Assembly: GCA_963722795.1 (NCBI GenBank)
Contig: CAVROD010000001.1
Location: 642,976 to 706,975 of the forward strand
Reading direction: 5' to 3'
Length of the DNA: 64,000 nucleotides
DNA from: an uncultured Actinomycetes bacterium
Lineage (GTDB): Bacteria > Actinomycetota > UBA4738 > HRBIN12
Shown: positions 1 to 9,846 of the stretch, piece after piece
Position numbering within the stretch: position 1 is the first letter of the stretch
Layout: every line of letters begins with the position of its first letter
The notes under the pieces: generated by a model
Database searches by the model: none
What the model was told of the DNA's origin: nothing
What the model saw: only the letters and a program-made list of their open reading frames with translations
Position numbers and translations under genes: made by a program

Positions 1-455
1 TCGGCCGCGGGTGCAGGCGCCGCGGGTGCGGCGGGCGCGGCCGCTGCGGCGGGTGCAGCGGCGCCGGGCGCGGGAGCGGCTGCGGCGGCCAGCGCAGGCG
101 CGGAGCCCGGCACGGCTGGCGGCGCCACCACGACCGGGGCGGCCTGGGACAGGTCGACGTTGCGGCGCGGCAGTTCCTGCCCGATGCGCACGCGGTCGGC
201 CCGCACGACCTTGAGGCCTTCCTCGTCCTTGGCGAAACGCGGCGCGTACCGCATGTACTGCACCGTGAGGAACAGCACCAGCACGAGCCCGAGCACGCCG
301 AGCGCGATGGCGAGCCAGTACACCCAGCCACCGTCGTTGCGCTCCAGCACGTCGACCGGGTTCACGATCGTCTGCGCGCTCGCGGTGCCGGCTCCCACCA
401 TCGAGGCGGCGACGGCGCCGAGGCCCACGAGGGACAGCTTCCGAGGCAGGTTCAT
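1..455 (-). CDS. hypothetical secreted/membrane protein, Ala/Pro-rich (N-terminal part; gene runs off the left edge)
   Basis: Minus-strand ATG at 455 (CAT 453-455). The translation starts MNLPRKLSLVGLGAVAASMVGAGTASAQ (signal-peptide-like). It continues with a hydrophobic helix WVYWLAIALGVLGLVLVLFLTV and an Ala/Pro-rich tail. The frame is open to the window edge, so it is not in the ORF track. Confidence 0.45.
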   Translation of the reverse strand, partial: MNLPRKLSLVGLGAVAASMVGAGTASAQTIVNPVDVLERNDGGWVYWLAIALGVLGLVLVLFLTVQYMRYAPRFAKDEEGLKVVRADRVRIGQELPRRNVDLSQAAPVVVAPPAVPGSAPALAAAAAPAPGAAAPAAAAAPAAPAAPAPAA

Positions 456-478
456 CGCGGCGGATACTAGCACCACGT

Positions 479-1870
479 CTATCCTCGGCCAGCGGCAGCC
501 GCGTCGCTCGCGTCCCCCTGGATCGGCACGACGCCGGTCACCTTCGCGCCGCGCCCGGGAGCCGATTCCACCCGCAAGGTGCCGCCGAGTGCACCGAGCC
601 GATCGAGCATGTTGGTGAACCCGGCCCCGGCGCCACGGCTCCGCACGTCGAACCCGGCACCGTCGTCCGCCACGACGAACACCAGCGTTCCAGCATCGGC
701 GCGGACGTCGACCGTGATCATGGCGTCGTCGCCCGCATACTTCCCGGCGTTCTGCAGCCCCTCGAGCACACAGAAGTACACGGTGGCCTCCACCTCGGCC
801 CCGTATCTGCCGAGACCGTCGGTCTTGACGGTGACCGGGAGCACGGCGCGCCGAGCCGCCGACGTCAACGCATCGGGGAGACCCTTGTCGGCGAGCAGCG
901 GCGGATAGATGCCGTGCGCGAGATCGCGAAGCTCCTGCAACGTGTCGTCGACGGCCACCGACAGCGCCTCGATGCGATCACCCACCTGCGACGGATCTCG
1001 TTCAGCGAGCTGACGAACGAGCTTCAGTTGCACGGCGAGTGCCACCAGATGCTGCTGGGCCCCGTCGTGCAGGTTCCGCTCGATCGTCCGCCGAGCCTGG
1101 TCGCCGGCGGCCACGATGCGCCCACGCGACGCCTGCAGCTCGGCGGCCTGGCGCCGTACCTCGTCGAGCGAGGCCTGGAGCGCTGAATCGAGCTGCGCGT
1201 TGTGCAGCGCGACTCCGAGGTGGCGCGAGATCTCGACGAGCGCCCGCTCCTCGTCGGGGGCGAAGACGGGTGCGTCGACCGGTCGTTCGACCACGACGAC
1301 GCCCTGCAGTTCGCCGGCGCTCGCCATCGGGGCGAGCCGGACCGAGGCGTCCTCACGACCCTCGAGCATCTGCGGCAGCCAGACGCTCAGCCACCCGTGA
1401 CCGGACAGTCCGGCTTGCACGATGGCCGAAGGGGAGACGGAGCCGAGGGCGACCGGAGCCCGGTGGAACCCGGGGTCGCCCAGCCAGGGCTGCAACGCTC
1501 CGTCGGCCAGCCGCCAGACCTCCACGGCGCGCACGCGGAGACCTTCGCGCATCGACTCGGCGGCCTGCAGCACGAGCTCGTCGAGCGGCACCGAGCGCGA
1601 CATGCGCGAGGCGAACCCGCGCGCGAGCGCATCGGGCGATGTTCGTTCCCGGTGCAGGAGCGACAGCAGCCCGTGGGTGATCGCCGGCTGGAGCCAACGG
1701 AGCAGCGCGGCCGCGACGGCGACCCCCACGAGTGCGCCGAACACCACGTTCCACCGGTCGCCCTCGGGGACCTCCCCCGTGACCAGCACGATGGCGACCG
1801 CGGCGGCCACGAGGGCGAGCGAGAACGACAGCATCCATCCCAGCACGAGTGCGAGACGGCGCATCGTCAT
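479..1870 (-). CDS. sensor histidine kinase, HisKA_3/NarL-type
   Basis: ORF 479..1987. The likely start is ATG 1870 (MTMRRLALVLGW), which overlaps the permease stop as TGATG. It has N-terminal TM helices, the H-box ERNLHDGAQQHLVAL, and HATPase_c boxes YFCVLEGLQNAGKYA, DDGAGFD and GFTNMLDRLGALGG. Confidence 0.85.
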   Translation of the reverse strand: MTMRRLALVLGWMLSFSLALVAAAVAIVLVTGEVPEGDRWNVVFGALVGVAVAAALLRWLQPAITHGLLSLLHRERTSPDALARGFASRMSRSVPLDELVLQAAESMREGLRVRAVEVWRLADGALQPWLGDPGFHRAPVALGSVSPSAIVQAGLSGHGWLSVWLPQMLEGREDASVRLAPMASAGELQGVVVVERPVDAPVFAPDEERALVEISRHLGVALHNAQLDSALQASLDEVRRQAAELQASRGRIVAAGDQARRTIERNLHDGAQQHLVALAVQLKLVRQLAERDPSQVGDRIEALSVAVDDTLQELRDLAHGIYPPLLADKGLPDALTSAARRAVLPVTVKTDGLGRYGAEVEATVYFCVLEGLQNAGKYAGDDAMITVDVRADAGTLVFVVADDGAGFDVRSRGAGAGFTNMLDRLGALGGTLRVESAPGRGAKVTGVVPIQGDASDAAAAGRG

Positions 1871-4304
1871 CACTCCGTGCGAAGGACCGTCGCCGGCTTC
1901 GTGCGACGCGCCACCGCCGCCGGGCCGAGCGCGACGAGGATCGCGGCCGCCAGCGTCACCGGCAGCACGAGCGCGGTGGCGCTCCATGCGAGCACCGGCT
2001 CGGACACCACGCCGAGCAAGCGCGTGGCGATCACGTGCCAGAGCAGCCTTCCCAGCAGGAGCCCGATCGGCGCCCCGATGGAGAACGCGAGGAGCACCAG
2101 GGTGGCCGCCTGCCAGACCACCGTGAGGCTCACCTGGCGCCCCCGGAACCCGAGCGTGCGCAGGATCGCGAGATCGACGCGGCGGCGGCGAGCAGACGTC
2201 AACAGCACGTGCACGAGCGACCCGAACGCGGCGATCGCGAAGACGATGGCGAGGTAGAGCGGCAGCCGTTGGTAGCGGCTGGCATCCTGCACCGAGGGAC
2301 TGAGGTCGGTGATGTCGTCGGGGCTCACCTCGGCGCCCATCGTGCGCAGCGTAGGGTTGATCCGCTCGATCACGTTGGGGATCGACGCGCCGGGAGCGTA
2401 GTTTCCGATGGCCAGCTCGATCGGCGCGTCGGTGTGGAACACGTTCAGGGTCTCCATCGTCATGCCGACACCCTGCCCCAGGCCCGGGCCGAATCCGAAG
2501 TCGGGGAACACCGGCACGCCGACCACGGTCATGTCGACGCGCACCCCGCCCGCGCCGACCGACACCCGCTCACCGAGGGAGACGTCGAGCTCGCGGAGCG
2601 TGAGCGAGCCGATCGCGATCTCGTCGGCGGCGGTGGGCCACCTTCCTTCGAGCAGGGTCGGGGTCACGAGCCGACCCTTCGCTCGACTGAGGCCCCAGAC
2701 GTTCACGCCGACCGACGAGCTCGCCGAGCGCACGCTGACCCCGTGCTGGAAGTTGCCGATGGTCAGATCCGACAGACCGCGTTCAGCCTCGAGCATCGGC
2801 ACGGCCTTGCTCTGGAAGACCGGGCGCTCACCGAACGGCGACCCTGTGCCGAACGTGAAATCGACGCCCCACAGACGCGGTGTGTCGACGAAGTGCTGCA
2901 TGCTGGCGGCGAAACCGAAGGCAGCCACCGCGACGGCGATCGCGATCGCGATCCCGGCCACGGCGCTCCGCACGGGCGTCGCGCTGCGTCCGTGCCCAGG
3001 ATCGAGGGCCAGCCGCGTACCGGCGACGGCCGTCGCCGGGAACCCCGCACGAGCCAACAGCCCCGGCAGGGCGGCAGGGCGATCCGAACCCGCGTATTCG
3101 ATCGTGCCGAGCACACCGCCGCGCGCCCGCGCGAGCCGCCATGCCGGCACCGACGCTACGGCGACGGGGAGCGCGAACATCAGCAGCACCCCAGGCACCA
3201 GCACGCCTGCATCGACCACGACCCCGGGGTCCGGCTCGACCAGCTCGGCGAGCCCGGTCGACGGCAGCGGCGAGGCCGCGACGGCGATCAGCGCCGCGAG
3301 CACGGCCCCGACCGCGCCCACGACCGCGGGCACCGCCAGCGACGCCCGGAGCACCTGTGACCTCGTCATGCCGAGCGATCGCAGGATCGGAAGGTCGATC
3401 GAACCGAGGGCGACACGCCGTGCGACCGCCTGGCCGATCATGAGGGCGGCGGTGAGAGCCACAGCGATCGCGAACAACCGAAGCACGAGGGCGGGGAAGC
3501 GTAACGACCTGGCCGCGAAGGCAGCCTCGATCGACGCGTCGAACGAGAACGCACCCGGCGCGATGTCGGTGACTCCCAGCTGGAACTCCTCCATGTCTGC
3601 GAGGCCGCGCTCGAGCTGGAACAGACCGATCGGCACGCCCGCGGCTCGCCCACCCGGCCCTCGGTCGAACGCCGGCGCCGCGACCATGCTCGATGCGTCG
3701 CCCGAGAGCTCGCCGTAGGGCACCACGACCCCCACCACCCGCAGATGCAGATCGTCGAGGTATGCCTTGGACGGGAGCGACCCCTCGAGGGAGAGGCCGT
3801 TGTCCTCGACCCACGCCGAGTCGAGGGCTCTCACCACGATCTCGTCCCCCACCTCCGCACCCGCTCCGTCGCTGGTGCTCCACGAGAGCGCGATCTCGTC
3901 GGCCGTGCGAGGCAGCCGTCCGGTCAGCACCTTCGGCTTCCATCCATCGGGGGGAGCACGACGATGTCGGCTTGGGGGGACTCCCGATAGAACAGCGGGG
4001 ACTCACCGTCGGACGCGTACGCTTCTACGAAGACGTTGCGACCCTTCGTGAACGAGCTCACCTGCGGGAGCCGGCCGACTTCCTCGAGGTCGACGGGGGC
4101 GCCGAAGACTTCTGCATCGAAGACCATCGCCTCGGGAGCTTCGAAGCGATCGCGGTATCGGGCGTAGGACGTCTCGATGCGCTCGGCCCCGGTCAGGGCG
4201 ACCATGACGACGCCGCCCGCGATCGCGGTGAGCACCACCAGCACGACGAGCGACAGCGGACGCGAACGCATGTCCGCCCGAGCCCGCATGCCGACGGCGC
4301 TCAC
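1870..4304 (-). CDS. ABC transporter permease, FtsX/MacB-type (one frameshift in this assembly)
   Basis: ORFs 3924..4304 (N-terminal TM plus start of the periplasmic domain) and 1870..3930 read as one protein if one G is removed from the G6 run at 3949-3954 (..ADIVVLPP|DGWKPKVLTGRLPRTADEIALS..). It contains two FtsX-like 4-TM modules. Confidence 0.8.
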
Positions 4305-5068
4305 GCTTCACCCAGCACGCCGAAGACCCCGCCCGTGTCGGTCGAGGCGCGCACGCCGTCGTCGTCCACCCGCCCGTCGCGCATGCGCACGATGCGGTCG
4401 GCCGCGTCCGCCACGTGATCGTCGTGCGTCACGAGCACGATCGTCTGCCCGCCCGCGTGCAGCCTGCGGAAGAGCTCGAGCACCTCCTCGCCGCCAGCGG
4501 AGTCGAGCGACCCGGTGGGCTCGTCGGCGAGCAGGAGCGTCGGCTCGTTCGCGAGCGCCCGTGCGATCGCGAGCCGCTGCCGCTGACCGCCCGACAACAC
4601 TCCGGGCGCCTTGTCGGCCTTGTCGGCGATGCCCAGCAGGTCGAGCAGATCGCGGGCTCGCGTCTCCGCCGCCTTGCGCGAGCGGCCCGCCACCACCGCG
4701 GGCAGCGTGACGTTCTCGAGTGCGCTCATGCCCTCGAGCAGGTTGAAGAACTGGAAGACGATGCCCACGTGGCGCCGGCGCATCTGGGCGAGATCGTCCT
4801 CGGACGAGCCGGAGATCGACTCACCCCCGATGCGGATCACACCGTCGGTCGGCGTGTCGAGACCCGCGATCAGGTTCAGCACGGTCGACTTGCCGCAGCC
4901 CGAGGGCCCCATGAGTGCGACGAACTCCCCGTCGTCGACGCGCAGGTCGAAGCCGCGCAACGCGCGCACGGGCACCTGGTCCTCATCGGTGGCGGCGAAG
5001 GTCTTGCGCAGGCCGTCGAGCTCGAGGATGGAACCCGGCGTTCGTCTCGTCAGGGGATCATTGGCCAT
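4301..5068 (-). CDS. ABC transporter ATP-binding protein (MacB/LolD-like)
   Basis: Walker A GPSGCGKST, ABC signature LSGGQRQR, Walker B LLLADEPT. The start is placed at MANDPL (ATG 5068); the ORF extends to 5134. The stop overlaps the permease start (ATGA-type, 4301-4304). Confidence 0.9.
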   Translation of the reverse strand: MANDPLTRRTPGSILELDGLRKTFAATDEDQVPVRALRGFDLRVDDGEFVALMGPSGCGKSTVLNLIAGLDTPTDGVIRIGGESISGSSEDDLAQMRRRHVGIVFQFFNLLEGMSALENVTLPAVVAGRSRKAAETRARDLLDLLGIADKADKAPGVLSGGQRQRLAIARALANEPTLLLADEPTGSLDSAGGEEVLELFRRLHAGGQTIVLVTHDDHVADAADRIVRMRDGRVDDDGVRASTDTGGVFGVLGEA

Positions 5069-5186
5069 CCGTCGAAGGTACACAGGCCACGCGGTCAGCA
5101 CAGCGGCGTGGCCACCAGCATCGTCGTGGGTCACGCACCCGGGCCGGTGGTGGGGTCAGCACCCAGCGGTCGCGGAGACGATCCAG

Positions 5187-5260
5187 AGCCGGAGATGGGA
5201 TTCGAACCCATGACCTACCACTTACGAGGCGGTTGCTCTGCCAGGCTGAGCTACTCCGGC
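5187..5260 (-). tRNA. tRNA-Thr (anticodon CGT)
   Basis: 74-nt cloverleaf read by hand on the minus strand. Acceptor GCCGGAG/CTCCGGC, D stem GCTC/GAGC, anticodon stem ACCGC/GTGGT with loop CTCGTAA, and T arm ATGGG-TTCGAAT-CCCAT. No CCA is encoded. Confidence 0.9.
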
Positions 5261-5378
5261 GACGGTCGGGGAGTCTACCAATGGGGTGCTGGCATCCCGG
5301 CCGGCGGACGCCTCCACGAGCGGCACCAACCGGCTCGTCACCCTGGTCGCTCACGCCGTGAACCGGCATGATGCGCGG

Positions 5379-7493
5379 ATGAACGCAGAGGCCCAGCCGC
5401 AGGTATCCGGTCCGATCGAGCGCGTGATGGTCGGCACCGACCGTTCACAGACGGCCGAGCGAGCCGTGCGATGGGCGGCCACCTTCGCCGAGGCCTTCGC
5501 CGCCGAGCTGCACATCGTGCAGGTGATCGTGCCTTCGAGCCCGGCCGACACCGAGCACGGCGCGGCCGAGGCGACCAGGGCACGCTCGGCGGCCGACGAC
5601 CTGCAGACGTACGCGCGCTCGATCGCCGGTGATCGCGCGCGCGGGCATGTCGTGATCCACGAGGATCCGGCGATGGCGATCGTGGAGGCTTCACAGGATC
5701 AAGCCATCGACGTGCTCGTGGTGGGCAACGCCGGCATGGCCGGACGCAAGGAGTTCCTGCTCGGCAACGTGCCGAACCGCATCAGCCACAACGCCAGCTG
5801 CACCGTGATCATCGTGAACACGATGGGCGACGGTCAGGTCGTCGCCGCAGCGCCCCGTCCCACCTCGGCGCGGGTGCGCGCGAGCGCCGCCGAGGACGTG
5901 GAGTTCCAGCCCCGGCTCACGGCGCGCGGCGGCCACATCGCCGCCGTCTTCGCCAAGCACGGCCTGAAAGAGCTCTTCGGCCGGCCCGACGAGGAAGGCG
6001 CGGTCGGCCGGCGCCGGCAGGGCAAGCGGTTGCGGTCCGCACTCGAGGAGCTCGGCCCCACATTCGCGAAGCTCGGCCAGATCCTGTCCACCCGGCCCGA
6101 CCTGCTGCCGCCGGAGTACATCGAGGAGCTCGCGACGCTGCAGGACGACGTGCCGCCGCTCACCGAGGAGCAGGTCGTGCAGGTGATGGAGCAGGAGATG
6201 GGCGTGCCGTGGGAGGACGTGCTCGACCACATCGAGCCCGCGCCGCTCGCCGCCGGCACGATCGCCCAGGTGCATCGCGCGACGCTCGCGACCGGTGACC
6301 CGGTCGTGGTGAAGGTGCAGCGCCCCGACGCGCGCGAGCAGATCGAGCAGGACCTCGCCCTGCTCGAGGTCTTCGCCGAGAAGGTCGGCGAGCGCCCCGG
6401 ACTGCGGCAGGTCATCGACATGGCCGCGGTCTTCGAGCACCTGTCGACCTCCCTGCACCGCGAGCTCGACTTCCGGCAGGAAGCGGGCAACATGGCGCGC
6501 ATGCGCGAGATCGTCGCGCCCTACTCGCGCCTGCGGGTGCCCGAGGTGATCGGCGACCTGTCGACGTCGCGCCTGCTGGTGATGCAGGACGTGCAGGGCG
6601 GGCCGATCTCGCTGGCGCCCGAAGGGGATGCGCGCACGGAGGCCGCGCGCCAGCTGCTCGAGAGCTTCTACAAGCAGATCATGGTCGACGGGTTCTTCCA
6701 CGCCGACCCGCACCCGGGCAACCTGATGTGGCGTCCCGCCGACGACACGCTCTACCTGCTCGACCTCGGCATGGTGGGCGAGGTCGGCCCCGAGATGCGC
6801 GAACAGCTGATGCTGCTGCTCATGGCCTTCTGGCAGGAAGACGTGCCCTTCCTCACCGACGTGTCGCTGATGCTGGCGGGGGCGATGGACCGCACCGACC
6901 TCGACGTCGACGCGTTCGGCGGCGAGATCGGCGAGATGGTGGCGAAGTACCGCACGGCGTCGCTGTCCGACATCCAGCTCGGACCGATCCTGCAGGAGAT
7001 GACCGAGATCTCGTTGCGGCACGAGGTGCCGCTGCCGGCGTCGCTCGCACTCACCGGCAAGGCGCTCGCCCAGATGCAGCTCGCGACGGCCGAGCTCGAC
7101 CCCGACCTCGACCCCTTCGACGTGGCCGGTTCGTTCCTGATGCGGGCCGTGATGCGTGACATGACGACGAAGATCGACCCGAAGGCGCTGTTCTACCAGG
7201 CGCAGCGGTTCAAGGTTCGCTTCCACCGGGTCGTGGAAGCGGTGGAGCGCCTGATCGGCGCCCGGCCGGGCCAGAAGCTCGAGGTGAACTTCCGCGCGGC
7301 CACCCTCGAGACGACGATCAGGCGGGCCGGGCGGCGCCTCGCCCTGGCGCTCACGGCGGGTGCGGCCATCCTCGGCACGGCGCTCACCGCGATCAGCGAG
7401 CGGGTGCCCACCTGGTTGCCGGTGACGTTCGGGGTCGGAGCGCTGTTGCTGACCCTCGGACTCGTCGTGGACCTGATCAGACGCCGGAACTAG
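5379..7493 (+). CDS. universal stress protein domain fused to ABC1/UbiB-family kinase-like protein
   Basis: ORF 5286..7493; the start is likely ATG 5379 (MNAEAQ). The N-terminal USP domain shows VMVGTDRSQTAERAVRWAA and VLVVGNAGMAGRKEFLLGNVPNRISHNASCTVIIVN. The ABC1/UbiB motifs are FAKLGQILSTRPDLLPPEYIEEL, AAGTIAQVHRA, FFHADPHPGNLMW and LLDLGMVG. There are two C-terminal TM helices. Confidence 0.85.
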   Translation: MNAEAQPQVSGPIERVMVGTDRSQTAERAVRWAATFAEAFAAELHIVQVIVPSSPADTEHGAAEATRARSAADDLQTYARSIAGDRARGHVVIHEDPAMAIVEASQDQAIDVLVVGNAGMAGRKEFLLGNVPNRISHNASCTVIIVNTMGDGQVVAAAPRPTSARVRASAAEDVEFQPRLTARGGHIAAVFAKHGLKELFGRPDEEGAVGRRRQGKRLRSALEELGPTFAKLGQILSTRPDLLPPEYIEELATLQDDVPPLTEEQVVQVMEQEMGVPWEDVLDHIEPAPLAAGTIAQVHRATLATGDPVVVKVQRPDAREQIEQDLALLEVFAEKVGERPGLRQVIDMAAVFEHLSTSLHRELDFRQEAGNMARMREIVAPYSRLRVPEVIGDLSTSRLLVMQDVQGGPISLAPEGDARTEAARQLLESFYKQIMVDGFFHADPHPGNLMWRPADDTLYLLDLGMVGEVGPEMREQLMLLLMAFWQEDVPFLTDVSLMLAGAMDRTDLDVDAFGGEIGEMVAKYRTASLSDIQLGPILQEMTEISLRHEVPLPASLALTGKALAQMQLATAELDPDLDPFDVAGSFLMRAVMRDMTTKIDPKALFYQAQRFKVRFHRVVEAVERLIGARPGQKLEVNFRAATLETTIRRAGRRLALALTAGAAILGTALTAISERVPTWLPVTFGVGALLLTLGLVVDLIRRRN

Positions 7494-7504
7494 TCTCGAA
7501 TGGA

Positions 7505-7699
7505 CTAGAGGTCGACGTCGACCTCCCCGCCCTTCGACACGACCGTGGTGAGCTCGTCGGGCTTGGCCTCGCCCTTCTTGCGCACCGAGCGCATCACGAC
7601 CTTCTCGAGCACGAACGCGATGACGGCGAACGCCAGGCCGACGAGCCAGCGTTCGAACCGTCGGAAGCCCTTGGGCTTCGCGGCCTGGCGGGTCGTCAT
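7505..7699 (-). CDS. small single-pass membrane protein (hypothetical), last gene of the kinase operon
   Basis: 64-aa ORF whose ATG overlaps the stop of the upstream kinase (ATGA at 7696-7699). It has one hydrophobic helix, WLVGLAFAVIAFVL, then a basic and an acidic tail. Coding status is inferred mainly from this coupling. Confidence 0.5.
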   Translation of the reverse strand: MTTRQAAKPKGFRRFERWLVGLAFAVIAFVLEKVVMRSVRKKGEAKPDELTTVVSKGGEVDVDL

Positions 7700-9846
7700 G
7701 CGTTCCCCTCTCCGTCGTCACCGGGCGCCGACGCGCCGACCGGCACCCGGCCGGCCACGGTCGTGCCCGACCCCGGCCGGCTCGTGACCTCGAGCTCGCC
7801 GTCGAGCGCGCCGAGTCGGTCGGCCATGCCCTGCAGCCCAGTACCGTAGCCGGTCACGGCCTGATCGAACCCCACGCCGTCGTCGGCGACCGAGAACGAC
7901 AGCGACCCGTTCGCACGACGCAGGGTGACCGTGGCCCGGCTGGCGTCCGCGTACTTGGCCGTGTTCTGCAGAGCCTCGAGCGCCGAGAAGTAGACCGCGG
8001 CCTCGATGTCCTGGGGAAGGCGCTCGATGCCCTCGGCGTGCACCTCGACCGGCACCGGCGACTTGCGAGCCTGCGCGACGAGCGCCGCCTCCAGGCCCTT
8101 GTCGGCGAGCAGCGGTGGATAGATGCCGCGCGCCAGGTCGCGCAGATCATCGAGCGCGGTGGCCGTGTCGGTCTGGAGCTCGACCAGCATCTGCCTGGCC
8201 TTCGCGGGGTCGATGTCGACCAGCTGCTGCGCCAGGCGCTGGCGCACCTGGAGCGCGACGAGCTGCTGCTGGGCACCGTCGTGGATGTTCCGTTCGAGCT
8301 TGCGACGCTCGTGGTCCTGGGCGGAGACGAGGCGGCGCTGCGCGGCTTGCAGCTCGGCCAGACGCGCCCTGAGCGCCGACGTGAGCCGTTGGTTGCGGAG
8401 CACGAGCCCGGCCTGCGCCGCGAGGTCTCGAACGAGCCGTTCCTTCGACGGGTTCATCGGATCGTTCGGCGGCATCGCGACCGAGAGCGCACCGAGCAGC
8501 TCGCCGCGGTGACGCACCTCGACCGTCAGGTCGTCGTCGCGATCGGGGTCGGCAGGGTCCCCGGCCCAGGCGGCGACCTCGTCGAGCCCGTCACCGAGCT
8601 GCATCCACACCCGCGCACGCGCCGCGCCCACACCCTCGCCGAGCACCCGTGCGAGGCGGGCGAGGACATCGTCGGACGCATAGGCGCCTGCGAGGTGGTC
8701 GCCGAACGAGGTCATGACCTCGTAGGGGGTCGCACGGGCACCGTAGACCAGACGATCCGCCACGCGACGCGCTCGGGAGCGGACCGGCTGGAACACGAGC
8801 GCCACCACGGCCGCAGCCACCGCCGAGAGGATCGGATCACCCCGGGAGCCCACCAGCGCCCCCGCGCCGACCACCACGGCCAGGTACACCAGCGCGATCA
8901 GCGAGACCATGATCGCGAGCACGACGGTCTTGCGGATCACGAAATCGATGTCGAAGAGCCGGTAGCGGAGCACGGCGATGCTGATCGTCACCGGGATCAA
9001 CGCGAAGGAACTCGAGGCGATGATGCCTGCCCAGTTCTGCCAGTCCTCCGACGCGCCGATCGGGTTGACGATGATGGCCAGCGTGTAGAGCACCGCGATC
9101 ACGCCGGCTGCCCACGCCAGCCACCGGAGCTGCTCACGCTCCACCGGATCGCCGGCGCGGCGCAGTCGGCGGATCATCGCCACGGCTCCACCGACGATCG
9201 TGGCGGGCGCGATGACGACCAACACCTGGAGGAACGCGAGATCACCACCCTCGCCGAGCGCTGCGGCCGCGAAGGGGCTCTCGACGTCGGGCAGGTCGAA
9301 GTCGGCGCCGACCCCCGGGAGCAGCAGTTCGAGCGCGTACAGCACCACGAGGCCGACCCCGCACGACCACGCGAACCAGCGCCATCGGGGCGTCGGCAGG
9401 TGTCCGTCGGGGAAGAGCATCAGCAGGAAGCCCGACAGGCCGATGAACACGACCCAGCCTGGGTAGTGCAGCGCCAGGGCGAGACCGGCACCGGGGAGTT
9501 CCCCCTCGTGGGTGACCGAGACGTACCGGGCATACGCGGCGCCGGGGCTGAGGAAGAAGGCCCCGATCGCGAGCATCAACCAGCCGAGGGGGTTCCGGGG
9601 CCGCTTGGTCGCCAGCACGAGCCCGGCCACGGGGAACGTGAGGTAGATCAGCCCTTCGAACCCATCCCACTCCAGGTCGGAGTGGACCCCCTCGTTCAGG
9701 ATCTGGAGCCAGAGCGTCGCGACGTAGCCGAGCATCACGAGCGCACCGGCGGCCCAGGCGAGCCCGACGGCCCAGCGCGGCCCCGCCGGATCGACGCTCG
9801 GAGCGTCAGGCCGAGACATGGGACGGGCGCCTTTCACGGTCGACAT
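7696..9846 (-). CDS. multi-TM sensor histidine kinase, HisKA_3 type (paralog A)
   Basis: About 8 N-terminal TM helices with the conserved loop FPDGHLPTPRWRWFAW and the motif LRYRLFDIDFVIRKT. The middle is GAF-like. H-box ERNIHDGAQQQLVAL; HATPase_c boxes YFSALEALQNTAKYA, DDGVGFD and GTGLQGMADRLGALDG. The start is 9846 or ATG 9819; either overlaps the stop of paralog B (9806). Confidence 0.9.
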   Translation of the reverse strand: MSTVKGARPMSRPDAPSVDPAGPRWAVGLAWAAGALVMLGYVATLWLQILNEGVHSDLEWDGFEGLIYLTFPVAGLVLATKRPRNPLGWLMLAIGAFFLSPGAAYARYVSVTHEGELPGAGLALALHYPGWVVFIGLSGFLLMLFPDGHLPTPRWRWFAWSCGVGLVVLYALELLLPGVGADFDLPDVESPFAAAALGEGGDLAFLQVLVVIAPATIVGGAVAMIRRLRRAGDPVEREQLRWLAWAAGVIAVLYTLAIIVNPIGASEDWQNWAGIIASSSFALIPVTISIAVLRYRLFDIDFVIRKTVVLAIMVSLIALVYLAVVVGAGALVGSRGDPILSAVAAAVVALVFQPVRSRARRVADRLVYGARATPYEVMTSFGDHLAGAYASDDVLARLARVLGEGVGAARARVWMQLGDGLDEVAAWAGDPADPDRDDDLTVEVRHRGELLGALSVAMPPNDPMNPSKERLVRDLAAQAGLVLRNQRLTSALRARLAELQAAQRRLVSAQDHERRKLERNIHDGAQQQLVALQVRQRLAQQLVDIDPAKARQMLVELQTDTATALDDLRDLARGIYPPLLADKGLEAALVAQARKSPVPVEVHAEGIERLPQDIEAAVYFSALEALQNTAKYADASRATVTLRRANGSLSFSVADDGVGFDQAVTGYGTGLQGMADRLGALDGELEVTSRPGSGTTVAGRVPVGASAPGDDGEGNA

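Noticed and set aside
5135-5378. Genomic-island boundary at the tRNA-Thr gene.
   Set aside because: No integrase gene, no direct repeat of the tRNA 3' end and no mobility genes were found on either side within the window. The flanking genes look like ordinary chromosomal functions.
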